From an uncultured Methylomirabilota bacterium (GTDB lineage Bacteria; Methylomirabilota; Methylomirabilia; Methylomirabilales; 2-02-FULL-66-22): 64,000 nucleotides of DNA. Below, piece after piece: positions 29,804 through 39,511 of the stretch. The notes beneath the pieces were generated by a model. The model made no database searches and was not told where the DNA came from. It saw nothing but the letters and a program-made list of their open reading frames with translations. Where the stretch lies: contig CAWJSJ010000002.1 in the NCBI GenBank assembly GCA_963845565.1, positions 96,001 through 160,000 on the forward strand, written 5' to 3'. Numbering within the stretch: position 1 is the stretch's first letter; every line of letters starts with the position of its first letter. The position numbers were made by a program, and so were the translations under genes.

Positions 29804-30810
29804 GGCAATTTTCGATTGCCGATTTCGGGTTGTCGATTGGGCCAGTGGCGACACTCCTCGCCGCCCTCGCGATCAGCCTCGTCGCGGTGCCGCTCGCCGC
29901 TGATGCGCAGCAGGTCAAACGTCCCTTCCGAATCGGTGTGCTCCACACCGGCTTCTTCGAGGAAGTACCATCGGTAGCGGGTCTCAGGGCCGGCCTCACG
30001 GCGATGGGTCTTGAGGAAGGCCGTGACGTCACATTCGACATCCGGTTCACCCGGGGGAAACTCGAGGACGTGTCGAGCGCTGCGACGTCTTTGGTCAAGA
30101 CAACTCCAGACCTCTTGGTCGCCCAGCAAGAATATTCCGCGCGAGCCCTGAAAGCGGCCACACCGAAGATCCCGGTAGTCTTCGTCGAGGTGGGTGATCC
30201 GTTAGCCGCCGACCTGGTCGCCTCGGTCCCGCGCCCCGGCGGAAACGTCACCGGGGTCTCCAGCATGGCCACAGAGCTGACGCCGAAACGCCTGGAAATT
30301 CTCAGGGCCACCTTCCCCGGCGTGCGTCGGGTGTGGGCCGTCTATCACGCAGACGACCTGTCGTCCGCCGCTGCTGCCCGCAAGGCGCAAGAAGTCGCCG
30401 CTGTACTAAAGCTAGAGGTGGTGGCACAGGCGGTCCGGACGCGTGAGGAACTCGTGAGCCACCTCAAGACGCTTCGTTCGGGCGATGGCTTGCTGGCGCC
30501 GCCCGGGCTCGCCCTGAACATCTCTGGTGTGATCCTGGATCTGGAGTTGATGAGCAAGTGGCCCGCCCTGTTCTACAACACGTTCTGGGTACAGGCCGGT
30601 GCCCTCGTGTCGTACGGTTCCGACCCGCATGCCGAGGGCGTTCAGGCCGCCCGGCTCGTCGCGAGGATCCTGCGTGGGGAGCGGCCCCAGGACCTGCCGG
30701 TCGAAGGCGCCAATAGGATCGAGTTGGCGATCAACCTGAAGACGGCGCGGAGCCTGGGTATCACTATTCCCCGGGACATCCTCGTTCGAGCCGATCGGGT
30801 GATCGAGTAG
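29800..30810 (+). CDS. ABC transporter substrate-binding protein (ABC_sub_bind/TrpX-like) copy 1
   Basis: RIGVL, DP....LVAS..RPGGNVTG, KRLE, DLPVE....ELAINLKTA..LG..IP...L.RAD.VIE. Confidence 0.9.
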   Translation: MRQFSIADFGLSIGPVATLLAALAISLVAVPLAADAQQVKRPFRIGVLHTGFFEEVPSVAGLRAGLTAMGLEEGRDVTFDIRFTRGKLEDVSSAATSLVKTTPDLLVAQQEYSARALKAATPKIPVVFVEVGDPLAADLVASVPRPGGNVTGVSSMATELTPKRLEILRATFPGVRRVWAVYHADDLSSAAAARKAQEVAAVLKLEVVAQAVRTREELVSHLKTLRSGDGLLAPPGLALNISGVILDLELMSKWPALFYNTFWVQAGALVSYGSDPHAEGVQAARLVARILRGERPQDLPVEGANRIELAINLKTARSLGITIPRDILVRADRVIE

Positions 30811-30916
30811 GGCTGTGGTTGGCCTGTTGCCTATTGCGTTGCGAATTCACCACGGATCGAGGCTGCTCGGTTGGTGCAATGAAAAAGGAAGCGAAAACCA
30901 TGAGGGAGGGGACGGT

Positions 30917-31470
30917 ATGAAAACCACAGGGAAGGTATCTGTGGGGGGTGCTCCTCGGGGCGATCGTCGGTCTCATGTGTCGCCGGTTCCGCCAGCGCCC
31001 TCGAGGTGGGGCAGAAGGCGCCGGATTTCACGCTGACGGCGCCCGGCAACAAACAGGTCAAGCTGGCCGACCTGCTCGGCAAAGGTCCGGTGGTGCTCTA
31101 CACGTTCGTGGACGCGTTCGGCGCGGCCTGAACGGAGGAGATCAGCGGCTTCGAGGCGAGCCTTGCGCAGTTCGAAGCCGCCAACGCCCACGTCGTGGGC
31201 GTCAGCGCCGATCCCGTGGCCAAGTTAGACGATTTCACGAAGAAGAACCGCGTCAAGCACCTCCTCCTATCCGACGCCGATCGCAAGATGCTCCCGGCCT
31301 ACGGGGTGATGATGACCGACCAGAAGAGCCCCATGTACCGCCTCGCGAAGCGAGCATATTTCATCCTGGACCGTCAGGGCATCGTGCGCTTCGTGCGGGT
31401 CCAGGCCAACCCGCTCGACCTATTGAAAACCGAGGAGGTGTTGAAGGCGCTCAAGGGGTTAGGAGCGTAA
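30917..31470 (+). CDS. Second peroxiredoxin-like selenoprotein (TGA 31129-31131); signal-peptide region broken by two frameshifts
   Basis: ALEVGQKAPDFTL...KGPVVLYTFVDAFGAA-TGA-TEEISGF...KRAYFILD, colinear with 16682-17233 with the TGA at the same position; N-terminus MKTTG../VLLGAIVGLM/VAGSASA lies in three frames. Confidence 0.8.
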
Positions 31471-31683
31471 TCGGAGCCATGTCGGAATTGACCCTTCACC
31501 GGTTAATCGCGACTGTCCGCTCAAGGCCGTCGCGCTCGGGCGTTTTCAGACCGGCCCCATCCGCGCGGATGAGGCGGTTCGGTGAGTTGCTCGGCGGGAG
31601 CGTTCGTTTCTGCGGGGGCCCGCCTGGAAGACAACCCTCGCACCCGTAAATAGGCAGCTTATCTTCGACGAAGGAGGTTTCCC

Positions 31684-31977
31684 ATGGCGACGTACATCAG
31701 TCTCATCAACTACACCGATCAAGGGATTCGGAACGTGAAGGACTCACCGAAGCGACTGGACGCGGCAAGGAAGCTGCTCAAAGACCTGGGTGGCGATCTC
31801 AAAGAGTTCTATCTGACGATGGGAGGCCACGACATGGTCATCGTTGCCGACGCTCCGAGCGATGAGGTGATGGCCAAGTTCTCTCTCACCGTCGGATCGC
31901 TGGGCAGCATCCGGACAACCACGCTCAAGGCGTTCTCGGAGGCCGAGTATCGGAAGGTCATTGCAGCGCTTCCCTAA
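31684..31977 (+). CDS. GYD domain protein
   Basis: MATYISLINYTDQG...GG.LKEFYLTMGGHD...G.IRTTTLKAF; AAGGAGG RBS. Confidence 0.9.
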   Translation: MATYISLINYTDQGIRNVKDSPKRLDAARKLLKDLGGDLKEFYLTMGGHDMVIVADAPSDEVMAKFSLTVGSLGSIRTTTLKAFSEAEYRKVIAALP

Positions 31978-32059
31978 CCTGTGGCCCCCCTCGTGCGCCC
32001 AGCGACATTCCCGCCGGAGAGCACGAGGGGGGCCGATTGGAGGCAAGATCGTGAACATC

Positions 32060-32209
32060 GGAAAGGATGCGATCCTCGAGGATTTCGCGGTCATGCTCGA
32101 GTGGTTCGACCGGGTCGGCTACTCGGCCGACATCCCAGCCAACGCAAAAGCGTTCGGGATTCGCCCCACCACGCTCGAGGAGTGGGCAACCCGTCAGAAC
32201 TGGGGTTAA
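32060..32209 (+). pseudogene. C-terminal remnant of an NmrA/HSCARG-like gene
   Basis: EDFAVMLEWFDRVGYSADI....FGIRPTTLEEWA tail with no Rossmann N-domain upstream. Confidence 0.55.
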
Positions 32210-32301
32210 TGCAGGTCGGTGTTGGGTCCGGGAAGGGGCAACATTGGTCGGAGTGTCACCTTCCCGCAGTCGGTGCTTGTCCGCGCGGACGAGGTGATCC
32301 G

Positions 32302-33324
32302 GTGAGGCAACTTCGAAATTCGAAACTTCGAAATTGCGAATTGGCCAACAGCGATAGTTCGTCGTCGCGCTTGCTTATCAGCATGCTCTCGACCCCGCTC
32401 GTCGCCGACGCGCAGCCGGCGGGAAGAACCGTGACCATTGGATATCTAGGGAACTCCTCGCCGTCGCTCGAATACAGCATTGTTGAGGCGTTGCGCGAGG
32501 GTCTCGGTCAGCTTGGATACGTGGAAGGGCGGAATCTCATCATCAAGTTCGTGTGGGCGGCGGGACAGCAAGAGCAATTTCCCGCCCTTGCGCGCGAACT
32601 GGTGCGCCTCACGCCAGACGTCATTCTCACAGCGGGCACCCCAGGCACCTTGGCGGCCAAGCAGGCGACCCACTCGATCCCGATCGTCGCGATCGCCGGG
32701 GACCTGCTGGGGGCCGGCCTCGTGTCGAGTCTCGCGAAACCGGGCGGCAACGTGACAGGGTTGTCCGCGCTCACGGCGGATTTGGGGGGGAAGTGGCTCG
32801 AACTCATGAGGGAGACGCTGCCGAAACTCTCGCGGGTCGCCGTACTGCGCAATCCGTCCAACCCGTACACGGCAATCGCCTGGAAGGGCACGCAGCCTGC
32901 GGCGCAGACCCTGGGACTGGCGCTCCAGCCCGTCGAGGTGGAACGCCCAGACGACCTGGACGCGGCCCTCGCCAGGATCAAGGCGGCTCGCCCCGACGGC
33001 GTCGTCGTGCTCCCGGACCGGGTCCTGCTCGCGTATCGGCAGCCGATCGTCCAGTTTGCGCTCATGAATCGACTTCCGGGCATGTTCCCGTTTCGAGAAT
33101 TCGCGGAGGAGGGCGGCCTCATGTCCTACACACCGGATTGGCCTGCCATATACCGCCGCGCGGGGAGCTATGTGGACAAGATCGCGAGGGGGGCCAAGCC
33201 GGCCGATCTCCCTGTGGAGCAGCCCACGACGTTCGAGTTGGTGATCAACCTAAAAACCGCCAAGGCCCTCGGCCTGACAGTTCCACAGTCCATACTCCTC
33301 CGGGCGGACGAGGTGATCCGGTGA
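32302..33324 (+). CDS. ABC_sub_bind protein copy 2 (preceded by a short RADEVIR* remnant)
   Basis: [54 protein letters not shown]. Confidence 0.9.
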   Translation: MRQLRNSKLRNCELANSDSSSSRLLISMLSTPLVADAQPAGRTVTIGYLGNSSPSLEYSIVEALREGLGQLGYVEGRNLIIKFVWAAGQQEQFPALARELVRLTPDVILTAGTPGTLAAKQATHSIPIVAIAGDLLGAGLVSSLAKPGGNVTGLSALTADLGGKWLELMRETLPKLSRVAVLRNPSNPYTAIAWKGTQPAAQTLGLALQPVEVERPDDLDAALARIKAARPDGVVVLPDRVLLAYRQPIVQFALMNRLPGMFPFREFAEEGGLMSYTPDWPAIYRRAGSYVDKIARGAKPADLPVEQPTTFELVINLKTAKALGLTVPQSILLRADEVIR

Positions 33325-34342
33325 GACAATTTCGAAGTTCGAACTTCGAAAATCGAATTGGGCAAACAGCGCATCGCTCCTCATGGTTGCTCTGAGTGTT
33401 ATCGGCGCGCCGCTCGTGGCCGAGGCGCAGCAGCCAACTAAAGGTTCCGAATCGGGTACCTGGAATCCGGAGTGCAGCCCCTGGCGCGCCCCTCTTCGAG
33501 GCATTCCGGCAAGGGCTTCGGGATCTCGGTTAGGTCGAAGGCCAGAACATCGCCATCGAGGTTCGGGCGGCCGAGGGGAAGTACGAACGATTACCGCGCC
33601 TCGCGGGTGAGCTTGTCCGCCTCAACGTGGACGTTATCGTCGCCTCGAGCACCCCGGCAGCACTGGCAGCCAAGCAGGCCACCACGACCATCCCTATCGT
33701 CATCGGGCGTGTCGCCGATCCGATCGGGAGCGGGCTCGTCGCCAGCCTGGCGCGCCCGGGAGGCAACATCACGGGGTGGACGCACCTGGGTCGTGAGTTG
33801 CGAGCGAAATATGTGGACTTGGTTAGGGAGGCCATCCCCGGGTCCGCCCGGATTGGCGTCCTGTGGAATCCGGCCAACCCCATACACGGCCCAAGCCTGA
33901 AGAATGTCGAGACGGCGGCCACGGCACTCAAGGTGCAACTCCACGCCATAGGGGTGCAAGCCGCTGAAAAACTCGAGAGCGCTTTCTCAGTGCTGACCAC
34001 GAAGCACGCCGAGGCACTCGTGGTGTTTCCGGACGGGATGTTCCTGGCCCAGGGCGAGCGGATCGTCGCCCTCGCGGCACAGACGCCGCTTTCCAGCGAT
34101 CTACGGCATGACGGAGTATGCGAGGGCCGGCGGTCTGATGGGCTACGGGGTCAATTTGGTCGACATGTACCGACACGGAGCGACTTTCGTGGATAGGATC
34201 CTGAAAGGGCGCCAAACCCGCCGATCTTCCCGTCGAGCAGCCGACGAAGTTCGAGCTGGTCATCAACCTGAAGACCGCCAAGGCCCTGGGCTTGACGATC
34301 CCGCAGTCCATCCTTATTCGGGCGGACGAGGTGATCCGGTGA
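33321..34342 (+). pseudogene. ABC_sub_bind protein copy 3, several frameshifts and a premature stop (pseudogene or sequencing error)
   Basis: Family motifs spread over several frames (VAEAQQ; VDVIVAS...[34 protein letters not shown]). Confidence 0.8.
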
Positions 34343-35336
34343 GGCTCACGCAAGGTCTTCATACTAACTCCTCGCCTTCCGCACCTTCTGCGTCTTCTGC
34401 GCCTCCTCAGCGCGGCGCCGCAGCAACCAGCAAGGACGGATTCCCCGGATTCGGCGTGCTATCGCCAGGAGGCGAACGATCTTTTTCTCCTCGATGCATT
34501 TCGGCAGGGTCTCCGCGATTTCGGTTACAACGAGGGCCAGAATATCATCATCGACTACCGGTGGGCGGACGGGCAGCTTGACCGGCTCCCCGGCTCTCGC
34601 GGGGGAACTGGTCCGGCTCAGAGTCGATGTCATCGTCGCCACACGACGCCAGGAGTGCTGGCAGCTAGGCAAGCCACCAAGACGATTCCCATCGTGTTGG
34701 CCCCGCGGGCGACCTCGTGGAACAGGGACTCGTTGCAAGCCTCGCGCGCCCTGGCGGGAATATCACCGGGGTTGACGCTGATCGACAACGAACTGAGCCC
34801 AAGCGCCTGCAGATCCTGAAAGAGGCCGTCCCGAAGCTCTCTCGTGTCGCGATCCTGGTGAATCCGGGCAAACCCGGCCTGGCAATCGCGTCGAAGTCCT
34901 TGGGCCCGCAGCCCACGACTGGGGCTGCGGCTTCAACGTGTGGAGGCACGGGATCCGCAGAACTCGACGGGCGCGTTTTCACGATGGCTGCCAAGGATCG
35001 CGCCGATGGCCTGCTCGTGGTCAGCGACGCGATGTTCAGTGGGAATCAATCGCAAGATTGTGGAACTTGCGGGCAAAGACCGACTCCCAGCGATGTACCG
35101 GAAGACGCGGATTCGTGGAGGCGGCGGCCTCATCAGCTACGGGCCGGAGCGATGCCGATCTGTCTCGCCGCGCCGCGACCTACGTCGACAAGATCCTGAA
35201 AGGCGCCAAGCCCGCCGACCTCCCCGTCGAGCAGCCGACGAAGTTCGAGCTGGTGATCAATCTCAAGACCGCGAAGGCGCTGGACTTGACGATCCCGCAA
35301 TCCGTGCTCATCCGGGCGGACGAGGTGATTCGCTGA
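34339..35336 (+). pseudogene. ABC_sub_bind protein copy 4, multiple frameshifts
   Basis: Fragments [53 protein letters not shown]...RADEVIR in different frames. Confidence 0.8.
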
Positions 35337-38300
35337 TGCATCGCAGCCGGCTGTTCTGGAAGTATGTCATCGTTCTCGTGTTTCTGGTCAGCGGGGCGCT
35401 GGTGACGAGCGGCGCGATCGAGATCTATTTTTCTTACCAGGAGAACAAAACAGCCCTCGTGCGCGTCCAGCGTGAAAAGGCCATCGCGGCGGCCTCGAGA
35501 ATCGATCAGTTCATCAGAGAAATCGAAAACCAGATCGGCTGGACGACGCACGTCCCCTTCACATCACAGGCGGCCGCACTGGACCAGCGGCGGTTCGACT
35601 ACCTCCGCCTCTTCCGCCAGGCCCCGAGCATCACTGAGATCAGTCACCTGGACGCGTCGGGGCGGGAGCAACTCCGCGTATCGCGCCTGGCCATGGATGT
35701 GGTCGGAAGTCAGGCGGACTTTTCCAAGGAGCCCCGCTTTGTCGAGGCCCGGTCCGGGAAGACCCACTTTAGCCCGGTGTATTTCCGAAAAGAGTCCGAG
35801 CCATACATCACTATAGCCATGGCCGGCCGCGGGCAAGACGCTGGCGTCACCGTCGCCGACGTGAACCTGAAGTTCATCTGGGACGTGATCTCTCAGATTA
35901 AGATCGGGAGGGCTGGACACGCGTACGTCGTCGATTCCAGAGGCAACCTCATTGCCCATCCGGACATCAGTCTAGTTCTGCAGAAGACCAACCTGTCGTC
36001 GCTCCCTCAGGTCCGAGACAGGCTGGCGGGTCCTCCTCGACCCGGTGAAAGCCGGGAAGAGGTCGCCATCGCGCGAGATCTTTCGGGGCGGCAGATTCTT
36101 ACGGCTCACGCCGCCATTGTCCCACTCGGATGGCTGGTGTTCGTCGAGCAACCCTTGGCCGAGGCGTTTGCGCCGCTTTACGCGTCGATCTCCCGGACGG
36201 TCATCTTGCTCGCAGTCGGAATCGGGATTTCCGTGCTGGGTAGCCTGTTTCTCGCCCGAAGGATGGTGACGCCCATCCAGGCGCTGCAAGCCGGGGCGGC
36301 CCGAATCGGCGCCGGGGATCTCGCTCATCGGCTTGCGGTCCGGACCGGGGACGAGGTAGAGGCGCTTGCCAATCAGTTCAATAGCATGGTCACGCAGCTT
36401 CAAGAGTCATACGCGAACCTGGAACAGAAGGTCGAGGAACGGACCCGGGATTTGACCGAGGCGCTCGAACAGCAGACCGCCACCAGTGAGGTCCTCCGGA
36501 TCATCAGCAGTTCGCCGACGGATCTCCAGCCGGTGCTGGACGCCGTTGCCCTGAAGGCCGCGAGACTATGCGACGCCGAGGACGCGACGATCTTTCGCGT
36601 GGAAGAGGGCGCGCTGCGCAGGGTCGCAGGACATGGCCCGATCCCCATTTTCGCTGCCGAGAGCGGCGAGACCGTTCCGATCACCCGCGGTTCGGTGGCC
36701 GGCCGGGCCATCGTGGATCGACAGCCGGTCCATTTGCGTGACCTCGCGGAAGCGGACGAAGCAGAGTTTCCAGAGGGGAGGGCCTACCAGCGGCGCTTCG
36801 GCAACCGCACGACCCTCGGCGTGCCGCTCTTGCGCGAGGGGACCGCTCTTGGAGCAATCTTGATTCGTCGGATGGAGGTCCGGCCGTTCTCCGAGAAGCA
36901 GATCACCCTGCTCCAGACCTTCGCCGACCAAGCTGTCATTGCCATTGAGAACGTTCGCCTCTTTAGGGCGTTGGAAGGCCGCAATCGCGAGTTGACCGAG
37001 GCGCTCGAGCAACAGACAGCAACCAGTGAAGTGCTGAAGGTGATCAGTCGGTCCACGTTCGATCTTCAACCGGTCCTCGACACCCTGCTTGAAAATGCCG
37101 CTCGGTTGTGCGGTGCCACAGAGGGGTGTGATCAATCGGTTGGAAGGCGAGATTTATCGCGGAGCCGCGGTTTACAATCACCCGCCAGAATTCTTGGCAT
37201 TTGTCGAGCAACACCCGATGCGTTTGGGTCGAGAAACGATCACGGGGCGCGCGGCACTCGAGCGGCGAGTGGTCCAGATCCCCGATGTGCTCGCGGATCC
37301 GGATTATGACTACGGCGAGGGCCAGAAGGTGGGTGGGTACAGAACGCTGCTAGGCGTCCCAATGCTTCGCGAGGGCCTTCCCATCGGCGTGATCGTCCTG
37401 TCACGGGCGGAAGTCCTGCCATTCACCGCCCGGCAGGTCGAGTTGGTTGAAACCTTCGCGGACCAGGCCGTCATCGCCATCGAAAACGTCCGTTTGTTCA
37501 ACGAGATCCAGGAGCGCAACCGCGAACTCACCGAGGCCCTGGAGCAGCAAACGGCCACCAGCGAGATCCTCCGGATTATCAGCAGTTCCCCGACAAACCT
37601 CCAGCCCGTGCTGGATGCTGTCGCGGAGAATGCCGCGCGCTTATGTGATGCGGAAGATGCTGTTCTCTTCCGTCTCGATGGGGAGTTCCTGCGACAGGCT
37701 GCGGGAAAGGGGCCGATCCCAAAATTCGGGTCTGGAACCGAAGAGGGTATTGCCGTGAGTCGCGGTTCGGTCACCGGTCGGGCTGTGGTGGATCGGAAGG
37801 CCATCCATGTTCGGGACCTTGCTGAGGCGGACGAGGCCGAGTTCCCGGAAGGGAGAGCCTTCGCGAGACGGTTCGGGCACCGGACCACGCTCGCCGCACC
37901 GCTATTGCGTGAAGGCGTCGCTCTCGGGGCGATCATGTTGCGCCGCAAGGAGGCCCAGCCCTTCTCCGACAAGCAGATCGAACTTCTCAAGACTTTCGCC
38001 GATCAAGCGGTGATTGCGATCGAGAACGTACGACTATTCAAGGAGATCCAGGAGCGGACTCGCGAGCTGGAGCAGTCGCTGGACGAGGTCCACGCACTGA
38101 GCGAGGTGAGCCGCACCGTCAGTTCCTCCCTCGATCTGGGGCATGTCTTGCATGAGATCGCCGAACAGGCCGCCAACCTCTGCGATGCGGACGCCGGGTT
38201 CATCCAGGAGTACGTCGCGGACGCCAACACCTTCCACGTCAGCGCCAGCTGGAATGCCGGGGAGGATTTTGTGCGATCCATTCAGGCGGCGCAGATCATC

Positions 38301-39335
38301 CTCGGGAAGGGTGCAGCCGGGCGCAGCGCGGTCACGGGCAAGCCGGCCCAGATTCCCGATATACTGGCCGAACCGGACTACCCCTTCCGGGACATCCTGG
38401 CGCGGGAGGGGTATCGGGCAGTTCTCTCAGTGCCCATGCTCCGCGATCAACGGGTCATCGGAACGGTGGTCGTCGTCCGCAAGACGCCCGGCGGTTTCGA
38501 CGAACGACACATCAATCTGCTGACGACATTCGCCAGCCAAACCACCATCGCCATCGAGCACGCCCGCCTTTACCGCGATGTCACGGAAAAAGGTCGGATG
38601 CTCGAAGAGGCCAACCGTCACAAATCTGCCTTCCTCGCGAACATGAGCCATGAGCTCCGTACCCCCATGAACGCTATCATCGGCTTCTCAGAGGTGCTCC
38701 TCGACCCATCGATGCAGGTCAGCGACGAGGAACGGTCTCAGTTCCTGACCGATATCCTGAATAGTGGGCGGCACCTGCTCAATCTGATCAACGAGGTCCT
38801 CGACTTGTCCAAAATCGAGGCCGGCCGGATGGAGTTGCACATCGTGCCGGCCGCCCTGGGCGAAGTGTTCGAGACCGTCCAAGGCACTCTGCGGCCTCTG
38901 GCCGCGAAGAAGGCCATCGAGTTCCAGGTGGAACGCGCCGACGGCATCACCCCCTTCCCCATGGACGCTGCGCGCATCAAGCAGGTTTTGGTCAACCTGG
39001 TGGGGAACGCGATCAAGTTCACCCCCGAACGCGGCCGCGTCTGGGTCCGGGCGACGACCGAGAACGGAACGGTGCAGGTCGAAGTCGGAGACACCGGGCC
39101 GGGCATCGCGCCGGAAGACCACGAGCGGATCTTTCAGGAATTCCAACAGGCCCAGGCCACGCGGGGTAGCGGAAAACCGGAAGGAACGGGGCTGGGTCTC
39201 ACCCTGGCCCGCCGCTTTGTCGAGATGCACGGCGGTCGGCTCTGGGTGGAGAGCCAGGTCGGGGCGGGCAGCCACTTCTATTTCACGCTGCCCACCCCAC
39301 TGCCGCCTGGCCAATTGCTTGGGCGGGTTGCCTGA
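35336..39335 (+). CDS. Membrane sensor histidine kinase: Cache-HAMP-4xGAF-HisKA-HATPase (one frameshift near 37125)
   Basis: Two TMs flanking a Cache domain (SPVY, G.AYVVD..G.LIAHP), HAMP (GDEVE.LA..FN.M), GAF repeats ending [48 protein letters not shown] overlaps the stop of copy 4. Confidence 0.9.
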
Positions 39336-39511
39336 CGCCTCGGTTCGTGGGTGAGGGCGCGGGCCGGACATACGAGAGCGCATGACGATGAAGACCGGTG
39401 GTGGGATGAAGGCAGCACGCCGAGAGAGCCCCAAGTGTGACGCGCCCCGAGGACGCGGGCGAGTCCAGGCGGGGCGCGAAGCGGCGCCCCCACATTATGC
39501 GAAGGAGGTCG

